NCBI GenBank assembly: GCA_036785375.1 | Contig: JAWMAR010000563.1 | Span: 1,116,001 to 1,180,000, forward strand | Length of the DNA stretch: 64,000 bases | Direction of reading: 5' to 3' | Origin: Leucoraja ocellata | Lineage: Eukaryota | Program-made: the position numbers and the translations under genes | Part shown: positions 52,129 to 64,000 of the stretch, piece by piece | How positions within the stretch are numbered: the stretch's first letter is position 1 | Layout of the letters: each line of letters opens with the position of its first letter | Notes under the pieces: generated by a model | The model's database searches: none | Seen by the model: only the letters and a program-made list of their open reading frames with translations | What the model was told of the DNA's origin: nothing

Positions 52129-54162
52129 TTGGAAAGAGCCCTGGTTTTCAAGGGAAATTGGACATCTTGTTCGGAAAAAGAGGGAGATCTACAATAATTA
52201 TAGGCAGCATTAAGTAAAATGAGGTGCTTGAGGAGTATAAGGAATGTAAAAAGAATCTTAAGAAAGAAATTAGAAAAGCTAAAAGAAGATATGAGGTTGC
52301 TTTGGCAAGTAAGGTGAAAGTCAATCCAAAGGGTTTCTACAGCTATATTAATAGCAAAAGGATAAGGAGGGATAAAATTGGTCCATTGGAGAGACAGAGT
52401 GGACAGCTATCTGCAGAGCCAAAAGAGATGGGGGAGATATTGAACAATTTTTTTTCTTCGGTATTCACCAAGGAGAAAGATATTGAATTATGTGAGGTAA
52501 GGGAAACTAGCAGAGTAGCTATGGATACTATGAGGTTCAAAGTAAAAGAAGTACTGACACTTTTGAAAAATATAAAAGTGGATAAGTCTCCAGGTCCTGA
52601 CAGGATATTCCCTAGGACATTGAGGGAAGTTAGTGTAGAAATAGCCGGGGCTATGACAGAAATATTTCAAATGTCATTAGAAACGGGAATAGTCCCCGAG
52701 GATTGGCGTACTGCGCATGTTGTTCCATTGTTTAAAAAGGGTTCTAAGAGTAAACCTAGCAATTATAGACCTGTTAGTTTGACTTCAGTGGTGGGCAAAT
52801 TAATGGAAAAGATAATTAGAGACAATATATATAAGCATCTAGATAAACAGGGTCTGATTAGGAACAGTCAACATGGATTTGTGCCTGGAAGGTCATGTTT
52901 GACTAATCTTCTTGAATTTTTTGAAGAGGTTACTAGGGAAATTGACGAGGGTAAAGCAGTGGATGTTGTCTATATGGACTTTAGTAAGGCCTTTGACAAG
53001 GTTCCTCATGGAAGGTTGGTTAAGAAGGTTCAACTGTTGGGTATAAATGCAGGAATAGCAAGATGGATTCAACAGTGGCTGAATGGGAGAAGCCAGAGGG
53101 TAATGGTGGATGGCTGTTTATCGGGTTGGAGGCAGGTGACTAGTGGGGTGCCTCAGGGATCTGTGTTGGGTCCTTTGTTGTTTGTCATGTACATCAATGA
53201 TCTGGATGAAGGTGTGGTAAATTGGATTAGTAAGTATGCAGATGATACCAAGATAGGGGGTGTTGTGGATAATGAAGAGGATTTCCAAAGTCTACAGAGT
53301 GATTTAGGCCATTTGGAAAAATGGGCTGAAAGATGGCAGATGGAGTTTAATGCTGATAAATGTGAGGTGCTACACCTTGGCAGGACAAATCAAAATAGGA
53401 CGTACATGGTAAATGGTAGGGAATTGAAGAATACAGTTGAACAGAGGGATCTGGGTATAACCGTGCATAGTTCCTTGAAGGTGGAATCTCATATAGATAG
53501 GGTGGTAAAGAAAGCTTTTGGTATGCTAGCCTTTATAAATCAGAGCATTGAGTATAGAAGCTGGGATGTAATGTTAAAATTGTACAAGGCATTGGTGAGG
53601 CCAAATCTGGAGTATGGTGTACAATTTTGGTCGTCAAATTATAGGAAGGATGTCAACAAAATAGAGAGAGTACAGAGGAGATTTACTAGAATGTTGCCTG
53701 GGTTTCAGCAACTAAGTTACAGAGAAAGGTTGAACAAGTTAGGGCTTTATTCTTTGGAGCGCAGAAGGTTAAGGGGGGACCTGATAGAGGTCTTTAAAAT
53801 GATGAGAGGGATAGACAGAGTTGATGTGGACAAGCTTTTCCCTTTGAGAATAGGGAAGATTCAAACAAGAGGACATGACTTCAGAATTAAGGGACAGAAG
53901 TTTAGGGGTAATATGAGGGGGAACTTCTTTACGCAGAGAGTGGTGGCGGTGTGGAATGAGCTCCCAGTGGAAGTGGTGGAGGCAGGTTCATTGGTATCAT
54001 TTAAAAATAAATTGGATAGGCATATGGATGAGAAGGGAATGGAGGGTTATGGTACGAGTGCAGGCAGGTGGGACTAAGGGGAAAAAAAATTTGTTCGGCA
54101 TGGACTTGTAGGGCCGAGATGGCCTGTTTCCGTGCTGTAATTGTTATATGGTTATATGGTTA
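52129..54162 (+). mobile_element. Young CR1 family A copy with an uninterrupted 617-aa RT ORF (52224-54077)
   Basis: [36 protein letters not shown]; intact C-terminus and tail; no endonuclease (5'-truncated). Confidence 0.97.
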
Positions 54163-54241
54163 ATGCCGGAGTTTGATGGGACACCTGACAGAAGTACATA
54201 AAACTATGAGAGGTATAGATAGGATAGATAGTCAGAGCAGG

Positions 54242-54580
54242 GGCAGTCACGGTGGCGCAGTGGTAGAGTTGCTGCTTTACAGCGCTTGCAGCGATGGAGA
54301 CTCAGCCTTGATCCCGACCACAGGTGCTGTCTGTATGGAGTTTGTACGTTCTCTCCGTGACAGCATGGGTTTTCTCCGAGATCTTCGGTTTCCTCCCACA
54401 CACCAAAGAGTACAGGTATGTAGATTAATTGGCTTTGGTGTATGTGTAAATCGTCCCTAATGTGTGTAGGTTAGTGTAGGGTAGTGCTAATGCCCAGGGA
54501 TCACTAGTCGGTGCGGACTCGGTGGGCCAAAGGGCCTGTTTCCGCAATGTATCTCTAAACTCAAATAAACTAAACTAAAC
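54242..54580 (+). mobile_element. V-SINE (HE1-like), full length
   Basis: ggtggcgcagtggtagag head, V-domain, (taaac)n tail. Confidence 0.85.
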
Positions 54581-57500
54581 ATGGATGGAAACATTGAATA
54601 CAAGAGGGCATATCTTTAAGAGGAGAGTTTAAAGGAGATGTCCACAGCATGTTTTTTCACAGACAGTGATGAGTGCCTTGATGCCACTGTCTGAGGTGTG
54701 GATGAGGCTGCTTGTAAATATATTGTCTTGCATTCAGACAGGAGGTGTTGGGTCAAAATCTTGCAACCCCCTCCAAAAAGTCTGTAGCAGTCAGGTTTCT
54801 GCCTCATCTCGGTCCTTGCGAGGAATCTCACACCTGGGCAATAAATTCAGGGTCACCCAGATAGCACACAGTGATGGAAACAAGCCAATAACCATTTGGT
54901 GTAACATTAAACACACAGTTAAATATTAACAGAAAATAAATATATCAGTACATCAATAAAGTTGATGATTCACGCTGACTGGAGTGTGGAAATTAGATGA
55001 CTCGGGAATGGTATTTAGTTTTGTCTGAATAGTTAATGTACCTAGTAAATACACTTAAGATATCAGCAATCAGGCAAATATTATGTGTTTCCACAATCAC
55101 CACAATAGATCAGTAAAGCACAGAAACAGGCCCTTTGGCCCACAATGTCTGTGTTGAACATGATGCCAAGACCAACACGTATCTGCCGGCACATAATATA
55201 CCCCCATTACCTGCACATCCTACAACAAAAAGGACAGCATGATGCAGCACTGGAGTTGCTGCGTTAAGTGCCACACAGCCGGGTTTGATCTTGACTCTGG
55301 ATATGTGGGTTAATTGGATTGGTATAAATGTAAACTGTTCCAAGTGTGTGTAGGATAGTGTTAGTGTGCAGGAATTGGTGCAGACCCCGTATCTCTAAAC
55401 TAAATAAACTAAATGTGCTAACCAGTCAGTGGAAAGACAAAACATGATTGCAATTGAGCCATCCATAGTGTACATATATATGAAAAAGGGAATAACATGA
55501 ATAACGTTTAGTGCAAGATAACGACAGTAAAGTCCGATCAAAGAGTGTCCGAGGATCTCCAATGCAGGAGACAATATTGCAAGACAGCATCCTAGTTGTT
55601 GGTAGGATGGTTTCAGTTGCCTGATAACAAATTGGGAAGAGACTGTCCCTGAATGTGGAGGTGTGAGTTTTCATAATTGGTTATATGAAGAGTAATGTTG
55701 GTGTTATTGTTTTCTGAAGAGCGTTTGACGGCACTAGGCCTCTACTCGCTGGAGTTTAGAAGGATGAGGGAGACCTCATTGAAACTTACCGTATAGTGAA
55801 AGGCCTGGATAGAGTGGATGTTGAGAGGAAGTTTCCACTAATGGGAGCATCTCATCAGAGGGCAAAGCCTCACAATTAAAGTACGCTCCTTTAGGAGGGA
55901 GATGAGGACAAATTTCTTTATTCAGAGGGTGGTGAATCTGTGGAATTCTGTGGAAGGCTGTGGAAGCCGTCAATTAATATTTTTTTAAGGCAGAGATAGA
56001 TAGATTCTTGATTAGTACGGGTGTCAGGGGTTATGGGGAGAAGGTAGGAGAATGGGGTTAAGAGGAAAAGATAGATCAGCCATGATTGATGGGCTGAATG
56101 GCCTAATTCTGCTCCTATCACTTATGAACATAAACTTATGACTGAGTTAATAGCTGTCTGCAGTGTTAACAATGACAAAACAAATGTATAGCTCAGATGT
56201 AGCATGCTAACGTCTTGGTAAAATTCATTCAAAAGTATTTATTAAATGCTCATAATTCAGACATGACACTGGTGGAACTACAATGACATTCTTGGTCTGT
56301 TGCACATAAAACACTTCCACAGCTATTACACCACAGCTTTGATAATGAGTATTGTTACCAGTGATCTGTCGGGTCAACAAAACACAGTCCCCATACGTTA
56401 CTGTGTTCCATAAATACTCACATGACATGGTACTGGGTTGTTGTCTATGTGGAATTTGAATGTTCTCTCAGTGACCATGTGGGATTTCTCCAGGTGCTCC
56501 GGTTTCCTGGCACATCTCAATGATGTACAAGTTTGTAGGTGAGTTGTAAAATTGCTCTAGTGTATCGAAAGCGGATGTGAAAGAGGGATAACATAGAACT
56601 GGTGTGCAGGATGGTTGGTATCAACTTGATGAGCTGAAGGTTCTACATCCATGCTGTATCACTCAACTAAACTAAGCAATATTATCTAAGCTGTGGTGTA
56701 GAGCGTGGTTTGTATTGAAAACAAAGATCCTTGTTGACTGACCCATCAAATACTTGAAGCACTGAGTGAAGCATTAAATGCAGAGCCAATTACTTCTCCA
56801 CTACATCATCAGGTATGTGAACAAGGAATGCAGGTTACAGTGTGTGACAAAGAGGTGGCAAAATAACTAGGAAGGAACAGCAGATGCTGGTTTAAACCGA
56901 AGATAGGCTCGAAAAGCTGGAGTAAATCAGCGGGTCAAACAGCATTTCTGGAATGTGAAGAAGGGTATTGACGAGAAATGTCACCTATGCCTTATATGCA
57001 GAGATGTTGTCTGATCTGGTGAGTTTCTCCAGCTTTTTGAGTCTATCTCTGGCAAGATATTTGATAGTTTTTTAGATTGACAATCTGATCTGCAGGAAAT
57101 AGAGGGATATGGATCATGTTGCAGTTGGATGGGATCAGTTTCGTATCTCATCATGTTCACCACATACATTGTGGGCCAAAGGGCCTCTTCCTGGTATGTA
57201 CTTCTTTGTGTTTATATAAAATGGGATTAGCAATCAGCTGTAAGCCCCCTTGAACAGACTGCATCATTCAATAACATTATGTCCAATCTGATTTTGATCA
57301 GTTTACTACATAATTCCTGCAATCCTTTATTAATTTCTGATCTAAAACTCCATATATCACAACCTGGAAAATACTCATGCACCTTGTCTCCACAGCTGGA
57401 ATAGAAAGTTCAGGCAAATCATTCACCTACAGGAAAATAAATCTTCTTTGTATCTATTTTAAAGAGGCACCCAACATGGAGAGGCTGCCGAGAACAAAGA

Positions 57501-58344
57501 GGGACCATTGGGGACTGTAATGATTACGTTGTAACTGTGTCGACACCCTATACATGGTGACTCTTTGTATACCTTGTGTATATAACCATATAACAATTAC
57601 AGCACGGAAACAGGCCATCTCAGCCCTACAAGTCTGTGCCGAACAACTTTGTTTTCCCTTAGTCCCACCAGTATGTTATGCAAAGCAAAGAATTTCACTG
57701 TGACATGTCATATATGGTAATAAAGTATCAATCAATCAAATGGGCGAACTTTTATTCCAAAATGTGGCGCAATGAATGAGTTTGGAATCACAGGGTAACT
57801 GCAGTGAAGACAGCACTTAAAAAATTAATGGCTGAATGTAAAGCCATCAGTCAGCATTGATAGAATAAAGAACATAGAATATAGAACAGTACAGCACAAG
57901 AACATTCCCTTTGATCCACAATGTTTGTGCTGAACATGATGTCATGACCAATTGTTATCTGCTTGCACATAATCCATATCCATCCATTCCCTGCATATTC
58001 ATGTGACTATCTAAAAGTTTCTTTAATGCCCCTATCATATCAGCTTCCACCACCACCAGCACATTCCAGTCACTCACCACCCTTGGTGTAAAACGCTTGC
58101 CCTGCACATCTTTTTCAAACTTTGCCACTCATTGTAAAGCTATACCTTCTGTTATTTGATATTTCCTTCCTGGGTAAAAAGTCTGACGGTCGACCCTATG
58201 TCCACCCCTCCCAGTTTGATATATTACTGTCAGGTCTCCCCTCAATCCCCGACATTCCAGACAAAACAATCAAAGTCTGTCCAACTTCTTCCTGTGGCTA
58301 ATGCCCCACTAATCCAGACATCATTCCCAAAGACCTCCTCTGCA

Positions 58345-58550
58345 TCACAAAGGAAGCTGATTGTGCTTCATGGTCACTGCAGTCATCTCCTGGTCTCTGC
58401 TGTTGTCAGCTGGTCCCTGTTCATTGTGATTTTTTTTCCTTTTCCTCTTCTTCCAGCAACCTATTCCAAGGATGATCCCCAGGAGAATGAGAGGAACGAT
58501 TGCAGCTCCAGTCACGATCCTAATTTTTATATCATCTTTCGCTGCCCTCT
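58345..58550 (-). CDS. MHC class I-like gene, terminal exon: connecting peptide, transmembrane and cytoplasmic tail
   Basis: Acceptor tttgcctacag, phase 1, in frame with the alpha3 donor. Encodes ERAAKDDIKIRIVTGAAIVPLILLGIILGIGCWKKRKRKKNHNEQGPADNSRDQEMTAVTMKHNQLPL*. Confidence 0.88.
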
Positions 58551-58862
58551 CTGTAGGCAAATATAGAGCATTTTAAATATTTATTGATCAATAACAACGT
58601 TGTAATGATTTTATTATCTACATTAAACTAGCACTGTTCACATCTAATTACAAAGTAATAAAGTCTTAGATTGATGTAATTGTCCAGAGGATGGAAGTTT
58701 AAATGGATCAATGAAAAATCTTTGAAGTTCATATTGGCATTGAGATTTTGTGATTTTATCTGCAGCATTTAATTAAGAATTTAAAGAATCAAGTACGTCA
58801 GAAATCGATTACTATTTGCAGTCTAGAGGTCAACAATGCCGTTTTGTTATGTTGACGATTGT

Positions 58863-58866
<4 letters not shown>

Positions 58867-58911
<45 letters not shown>
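58867..58911 (+). repeat. (ATCT)n microsatellite at the Helitron 5' end
   Basis: Perfect tetranucleotide run. Confidence 0.95.
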
Positions 58912-58912
<1 letters not shown>

Positions 58913-59250
58913 ATATATAAAACTCTCGCCCCATCCGACCGGCTGCCGTCCAGTTGCTTTTCTGCCTTTTGATTCGTTTCCATCGTGTGATGTCACAATG
59001 CCCAATGCTCGCAGATGTCCAATCACAATGCACAATGCTCGCAGATGTCCAATCGGAATGGATCCATTTGCATGGACGGCTGCCGGCTGTATTTCTTCCT
59101 TTGATTCCCTGCAACTCCGAAACCAGTCGCAGAATCGCCGACATCTTTTCCATTTCGGTAGAGATTTCACTTGTGTGATGCCGCAGCCACCCCCCCTCCC
59201 CCGCAAACGCCGTTGGGGAAACAGACCCAACGGGTCTGCACTTGGTCTAG
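58908..59250 (+). mobile_element. Non-autonomous Helitron, copy 1 of a tandem pair
   Basis: 5' TCTATATATATAAAACTC; 3' hairpin CAGACCC-AAC-GGGTCTG followed by CACTTGGT-CTAG|T. Confidence 0.88.
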
Positions 59251-60257
59251 TTATAGATTAAAACTCTGTGGCTGCCCCCGTCCGTCCGTCCGCCTGCCTT
59301 TCTGCCTTTTGATTTGTTCCATCGTATGATGTCACAATGCCCAATGCTCGCAGATGTCCAATCGGAATGGATCCATTTACATGTACGGCTGTCGACTGCC
59401 TTTCTTCCTTTGATTCCTTGCCATGCCGAATCCAGACGCAGAATCGCCGAGATATTTTCCATTTCGGTAGAGATTTCACTTTTCTTTCAAAGTATCCGCT
59501 CCTGATTACATTTTGTCATGTTTAAGTACACGTTTTTAATCAAATCCTTCTCCCCCCCCCAATGTTTCAAAAATAAACTGGCTTCTAACGCATTGAATTA
59601 GCCCCAGCCCCTGGTGAACGTTCCATCGTGTGATGTCACAATGCCCAATGCCCAAAGACATTCTTGCCATAGAGGGAGTACAGAGAAGGTTAACCAGACT
59701 GATTCCTGGGATGTCAGGACTTTCATATGAAGAAAGACTGGATAGACTCGGTTTGTACTCGCTAGAATTTAGAAGATTGAGGGGGGATCTTATAGAATCT
59801 TATGTTTCTATGTTTCTCTCTCCTCACCCCTCTCCCTCTCCCACCCATGCCTCTCTCCCCCACCCCCCTTCATTCTCTACCCCACCCCCTTCCCTCTCCC
59901 CCCACTCCCTTCCCCTACCCCTCCCTCCCCGCTCTTCCACTTCTCTCCCCCCTTCCCCCTCCACTCTCCCTCCCCACTCTTTCCCCTCTTTCCCCCCACC
60001 CCTCTCCCCCTCCCCTCCCCCACATCTCTCTCCCCATCCCCCTCTCTCACCCCCTACCCCGCTCTCCTTTCCCTCCCAAATCTGTCCCATTTCCTCCTCC
60101 TCCTCTCCCCTCCCTCCCTCCCCTCTTCTCACCCCCCCTCCCGCCACCTGTGTGTTTGGGGGGTGGTTAATGTGAGTGTGATGCCGCAGCCCCCCCACGT
60201 CCTCCCCCCACAAACACCGTTGGGGAAACAGACCCAACGGGTCTGCACTTGGTCTAG
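59251..60257 (+). mobile_element. Non-autonomous Helitron, copy 2, with captured CR1 fragment (about 59655-59815) and C/T-rich tract (59820-60145)
   Basis: Same 5' body and identical 3' hairpin/CTAG end as copy 1. Confidence 0.85.
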
Positions 60258-60789
60258 TAGCAAATAAAAGTTACCCATTTTTTGTGATAACACTTCAAAG
60301 GTTTTAAACTGTGCTGATATTTCAATGATATATTGAATATTCAATGATATGTCGAGATGGCCTGCTTCCGTGCTGTAATTGTTATATGTTATATCTGAGA
60401 GTTTAATTTTCTCATACACACACTCTCTCTTTCTCCCACCCCCCCTCTCTCCCCCTCTCTGTCTCACACACATGAGCCCACACAAACACACACACATTAC
60501 TGTCTATTGATACTGACCAGCAATTGTAACCATGTCAGCTTGGCCCTGGTGTGAAGATCTTTGCCGAGGTCTTGTCTGGAACAAATAAGTCAGCTACAGA
60601 ACAGGTGCTGCTACTTCAGACTGATAATGGCACCATTATTGGCCTTTTGTGCAACTAACTACAATCAGAAAATTAGTTAGATGCCCAAGAGAGAAGATAA
60701 GAGACCTTGGCCAGGATCAGCCTATCTTGCTTCCACTGTTCCTACATTTGGATGGGTGAGTTAAAGGTGATGTAAGAATAATTTTGACC

Positions 60790-61580
60790 ATAAGACATTG
60801 GAGTGGAATTATGCCTTTCAGTCCATCGAGTCTACTCCACCATTCATCATGGCAGATCTATTTTTACCTCTGATTCACCTGCCTTCTCGCTGTAACTTTT
60901 GGCACCCATACTAATCAAGAACCTATCATTCTCTGCTTTTAGATATGCAATGACTTGACCCACACAGCTGTCTGTACCAATGAATTCCACAGATTCAACA
61001 CACTGTGACTTAAGAAATTCCTCCTCATCTCCATTTTGAAGGTACATATTTTTATTGCAAGGCTGTGCTAGACTCCCCCATTACTGAAAACATCCTTTCC
61101 ACATCCACTAACTAGGGCTTTAATTATCTGGTAGGTCTCAGAGATTTTCCCCCTCATCCTTCTAAATCCCCACGTGTACAGGCCCATCCCCAGGACATAC
61201 ATCCTCTGGACTCTCTCCAAAGCCAGCACATCCTTTCTAATATGGGGCCCAAAACTGCTCACAATGTTCCAAATATATCCTCACCAGTGACCGATAAAGC
61301 CTCAGCATTATATCATTGTTTTTATATTCTAGTCCCCCCGAAATAAATGCTGGCATTGCATTTGCCTTACTTACCACTGACTCAATCTGCAAATTAACTA
61401 TTTGGGAACCACTGACTCAATCTGCAAATTAACTATTTGGGAACCACTGACTCAATCTGCAAATTAACTATTTGGGAACCCTGCACTAGTACTCCCAAGT
61501 CCCTTAGATTTCTGAATTCTCACGCCAATTAGAAAATAGTCTATGTCTTTATTCCCACTACCAAAATGCTCAACCAGATA
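60790..61580 (-). mobile_element. Degenerate CR1 3' fragment containing a 35-bp x3 tandem repeat (61373-61477)
   Basis: KDVLALERVQR; unit accactgactcaatctgcaaattaactatttggga. Confidence 0.75.
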
Positions 61581-61614
61581 CTTGCTACACTGTATTCCAT
61601 CTGCCTATGTTTTG

Positions 61615-62258
61615 CCTTACAGCGCCAGAGACCCGGGTTCAATTCTGACTGCGGGTCCCGTCTGCACAGAGTTTGTACCTTCTCCCCGGAACCTGCGTGG
61701 GTTTTGCCCTGGGATCTCCGATTTCCTCCCAAAGACCAAAGACGGACAGGTTTGTAGGTTAATTGACTTGGTATAATTGTAAATTGTCCCTAATATGTAA
61801 GTTAATGTAAATGTGCAGGAATTGCTGGTTGACACGGACTTGGTGGGCTGAAGGGCCTGTTTATGCGCTGTATCTCTTAAACTAAAACTACATTCCATTG
61901 ACTATCAATATTTATGGGCAATTAGAAACCCACAATTAATAATGGGTGGCACAGTGGCGTAATGGTAGAGCTGCTGCCTTACTGCACCAGAGACCTGGGT
62001 TCGATCCTGACTACAAGAGCTGTCTGAAAGGACATTGTACGTTCTCCCTGGGACTGCGTGGGTTTTCTCCGGGTGCTTCGGTTTCCTCACTCATTCCAAA
62101 CAAATACAGGCTTGTGGGTTAATTGGCTTAGGTAAAATTGTAAATTGTCCCCAGTGTGCTGGATAATGTAAATGTACGGGATGATCACTGTTCGGCAACG
62201 ACTCAGTGAGCTGAATGGCCTGTTTCTGCACTTTATCTCTAAAGTCTAAAGTCTAAAT
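61615..62258 (+). mobile_element. Two tandem V-SINEs in the alpha3-TM intron
   Basis: V-domains at 61660-61770 and 62030-62130; taaac/aaagtct tails. Confidence 0.85.
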
Positions 62259-62351
62259 CCACAGGTGAGGTAAGAGTGTGAGTTGAGGCTGTTATCTCAG
62301 TCCATGAGGTTTATGGTCTCAAGTGATCAGACTCATTCACTTGCCACTTAC

Positions 62352-62624
62352 CCTGTGGAACATTGACTCCCCGCAGCAGAGTTGTATGTTCGATGTAACA
62401 GGAGAATTTTGCCACATCTTCTTTAATCAGTTCAATTGTATTCTTCAGCTGGTAAGTCCCATCCCAATTCGGTAACAGATCACTGGATTCAAACCCGGTG
62501 ACCCCCTCACCATCTCTCAGCCACGTTACATCGATGGCCTGTGGGTAGAAGCCTGTGACAAGGCAGGAGAGGCTCAGTGATTGCGACCCATCACGTTTAA
62601 TCCCAATAAACACCTCGGGGGTTT
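62352..62624 (-). CDS. MHC class I-like heavy chain alpha3 exon (Ig C1-set)
   Basis: Acceptor ttcttctacttgcag, donor G|gtaagt, 273 nt, phase 1-1. TPEVFIG...LSCLVTGFYPQAIDVTWLRDG...LLPNWDGTYQL...FSCYIEHTTL has both Ig cysteines, the core Trp and the class I PNxDGTYQ motif. Confidence 0.93.
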
Positions 62625-63163
62625 CTGCAAGTAGAAGAAGCGTTAGAATCAGTGAAGACATGAAGAAAAGTCGTCAATTGGAAGATCACTACACCTCACC
62701 TCTTTCCCAGGCTTCTCTGGCTGAACAAAGTTTCCAGCCACGACCCAAAATGCTGGAATAAGCCAACAGGTCAGGCAGCATCTCTGGAGAGAAGGAATGC
62801 CCAGAGATGCTATCTGACCCACTGAGTTACTCGAACATCTTCTATCTTCGGTGTAAACCATCATCTGCAGTTCTATTTTGCACAAAGTTTCTCAGCCTTT
62901 TCTCTTTTCATTTTGCATTTCTGACAAAACAACAAAACATTTAGTTTTAATATCTCTGACATGCTCTATATCTTTGCTCCAGACTTTAACTGACAACACA
63001 GACGGAAGGGGAATGCAGGGCCCAATGGAGGAGTATAACTCACCATTGGGATTGATACTGTAGATGTGATTGCTTCTGCTTGTCACAAATCTCTGCTGAA
63101 TAATAACACTAAATATTCCAAGAGGGAATGGGAGGAAGAAGTCCAGCAGAGGAGGACAAAGGG

Positions 63164-64000
63164 CTCCCATGGTCGGGGCAGTCGAACCATCGTCGGGGTG
63201 ATCGAAGCTCACGCAGCGGGCAGTTGAAGCACCTATGTCAGGGTGGTCGAAGCACCTGCGGCTTGGAGCTCCCAAGGTCGGTCTCTGACCAGAGACTGCG
63301 AGCTCCGTGATGTTAAGTCCGCAAGCACCAACGGTTGGATCTCGAGGTCGATTCCTGGCAAAGGGATCGTGAGCTCCGTGATGTTAAGTCCACAAGCACC
63401 CACAGTAGAACTGACAAAAGACGGTCTCCAACAAAGGTCGCCAACTCCTGGATGTTAGGCCGCAGTGCGGACCGAGAAACGATACAGAAAAATATCGCAT
63501 CTCCATCGAGGTAAGATATTAGAAAACGTTTCCCCCAACCCCATCCCCCCCCCCCCCCCCCCTCATCCCCACCCCACGTAAAACAAGCTAAAGAACACTA
63601 AAAACATACATTTCACACCGGGCTCGACAACCTTGTTCTGCAGCATAGGAGCCAGGACCCATGTCTGTGAGTGGATGGCGGGCCACATCTATCACCATAG
63701 TTAATAATTAATTAATTATAGTTTTAAAAAATCGCAACTAAAATGTAACAAAAAGACAGGGATAGTATCAAACCAAAAGATGAAGCATACAAATTAGCCA
63801 GAAAAAGCAGCCTACCAGAGGACTGGGAGAAATTCAGTCCAGCAGAGGAGGACAAAGGGCTTAATTAGGAAAGGGAAAATAGATTATGAAAGAAAACTGG
63901 CAGGGAACATAAAAACTGACTGCAAACGTTTTTATATATATGTGAAGAGAAAAAGATTAGTTTAATAAAATGTAGGTCCTTGCAGTCGGAAACAGGTGAA
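63164..64000 (+). repeat. Segmental duplicate, copy 2 (paralog at 48629-49485), within the class I intron upstream of alpha3
   Basis: Near-identical composite of retroelement, hAT left end and CR1. Confidence 0.92.

Noticed and set aside
52224-54077. 617-aa ORF as a host gene or autonomous element
   Set aside because: 5'-truncated CR1 ORF2 lacking the endonuclease; near-identical to other copies in the window.
54242-54320. tRNA genes
   Set aside because: These tRNA-like heads continue into the V-SINE body; no complete cloverleaf.
59630-60237. Pro-rich and Gly/Glu-rich ORFs
   Set aside because: Low-complexity C/T tract fused to a captured CR1 piece.
62311-62661. Apparent signal peptide MSSLILTLLLLA on the alpha3 ORF
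   Set aside because: It is the intron branch point and polypyrimidine tract read in frame; the exon starts at 62624.

Overview
Repeat-dense vertebrate genomic DNA, most likely from an elasmobranch (skate, ray or shark). That assignment is inferred from HE1-type V-SINEs, abundant CR1 LINEs and Penelope-derived repeats. Two type I membrane protein genes converge tail to tail from the window edges. On the minus strand at right is an MHC class I-like gene, with an Ig C1 alpha3 exon (62352-62624) and a fused transmembrane/cytoplasmic exon (58345-58550). On the plus strand at left is a gene missed by the ORF track, with a transmembrane exon (5077-5184) and a likely terminal exon (9908-9948). Splicing those two gives the tail WWRKNRRDYQNIQPNQNVPC, which closely resembles the CD1b sorting tail RRRSYQNIP. 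The ~48 kb between the genes is mostly mobile DNA: two CR1 families, L1, L2, Rex1, DIRS, Penelope-like elements with minimal hammerhead ribozyme cores, Helitrons carrying a captured CR1 fragment, Harbinger-, P- and hAT-type MITEs with target-site duplications (TSDs), and an intron-containing Academ-like relic. There are also two local segmental duplications. Most repeat boundaries are approximate and were read by eye.
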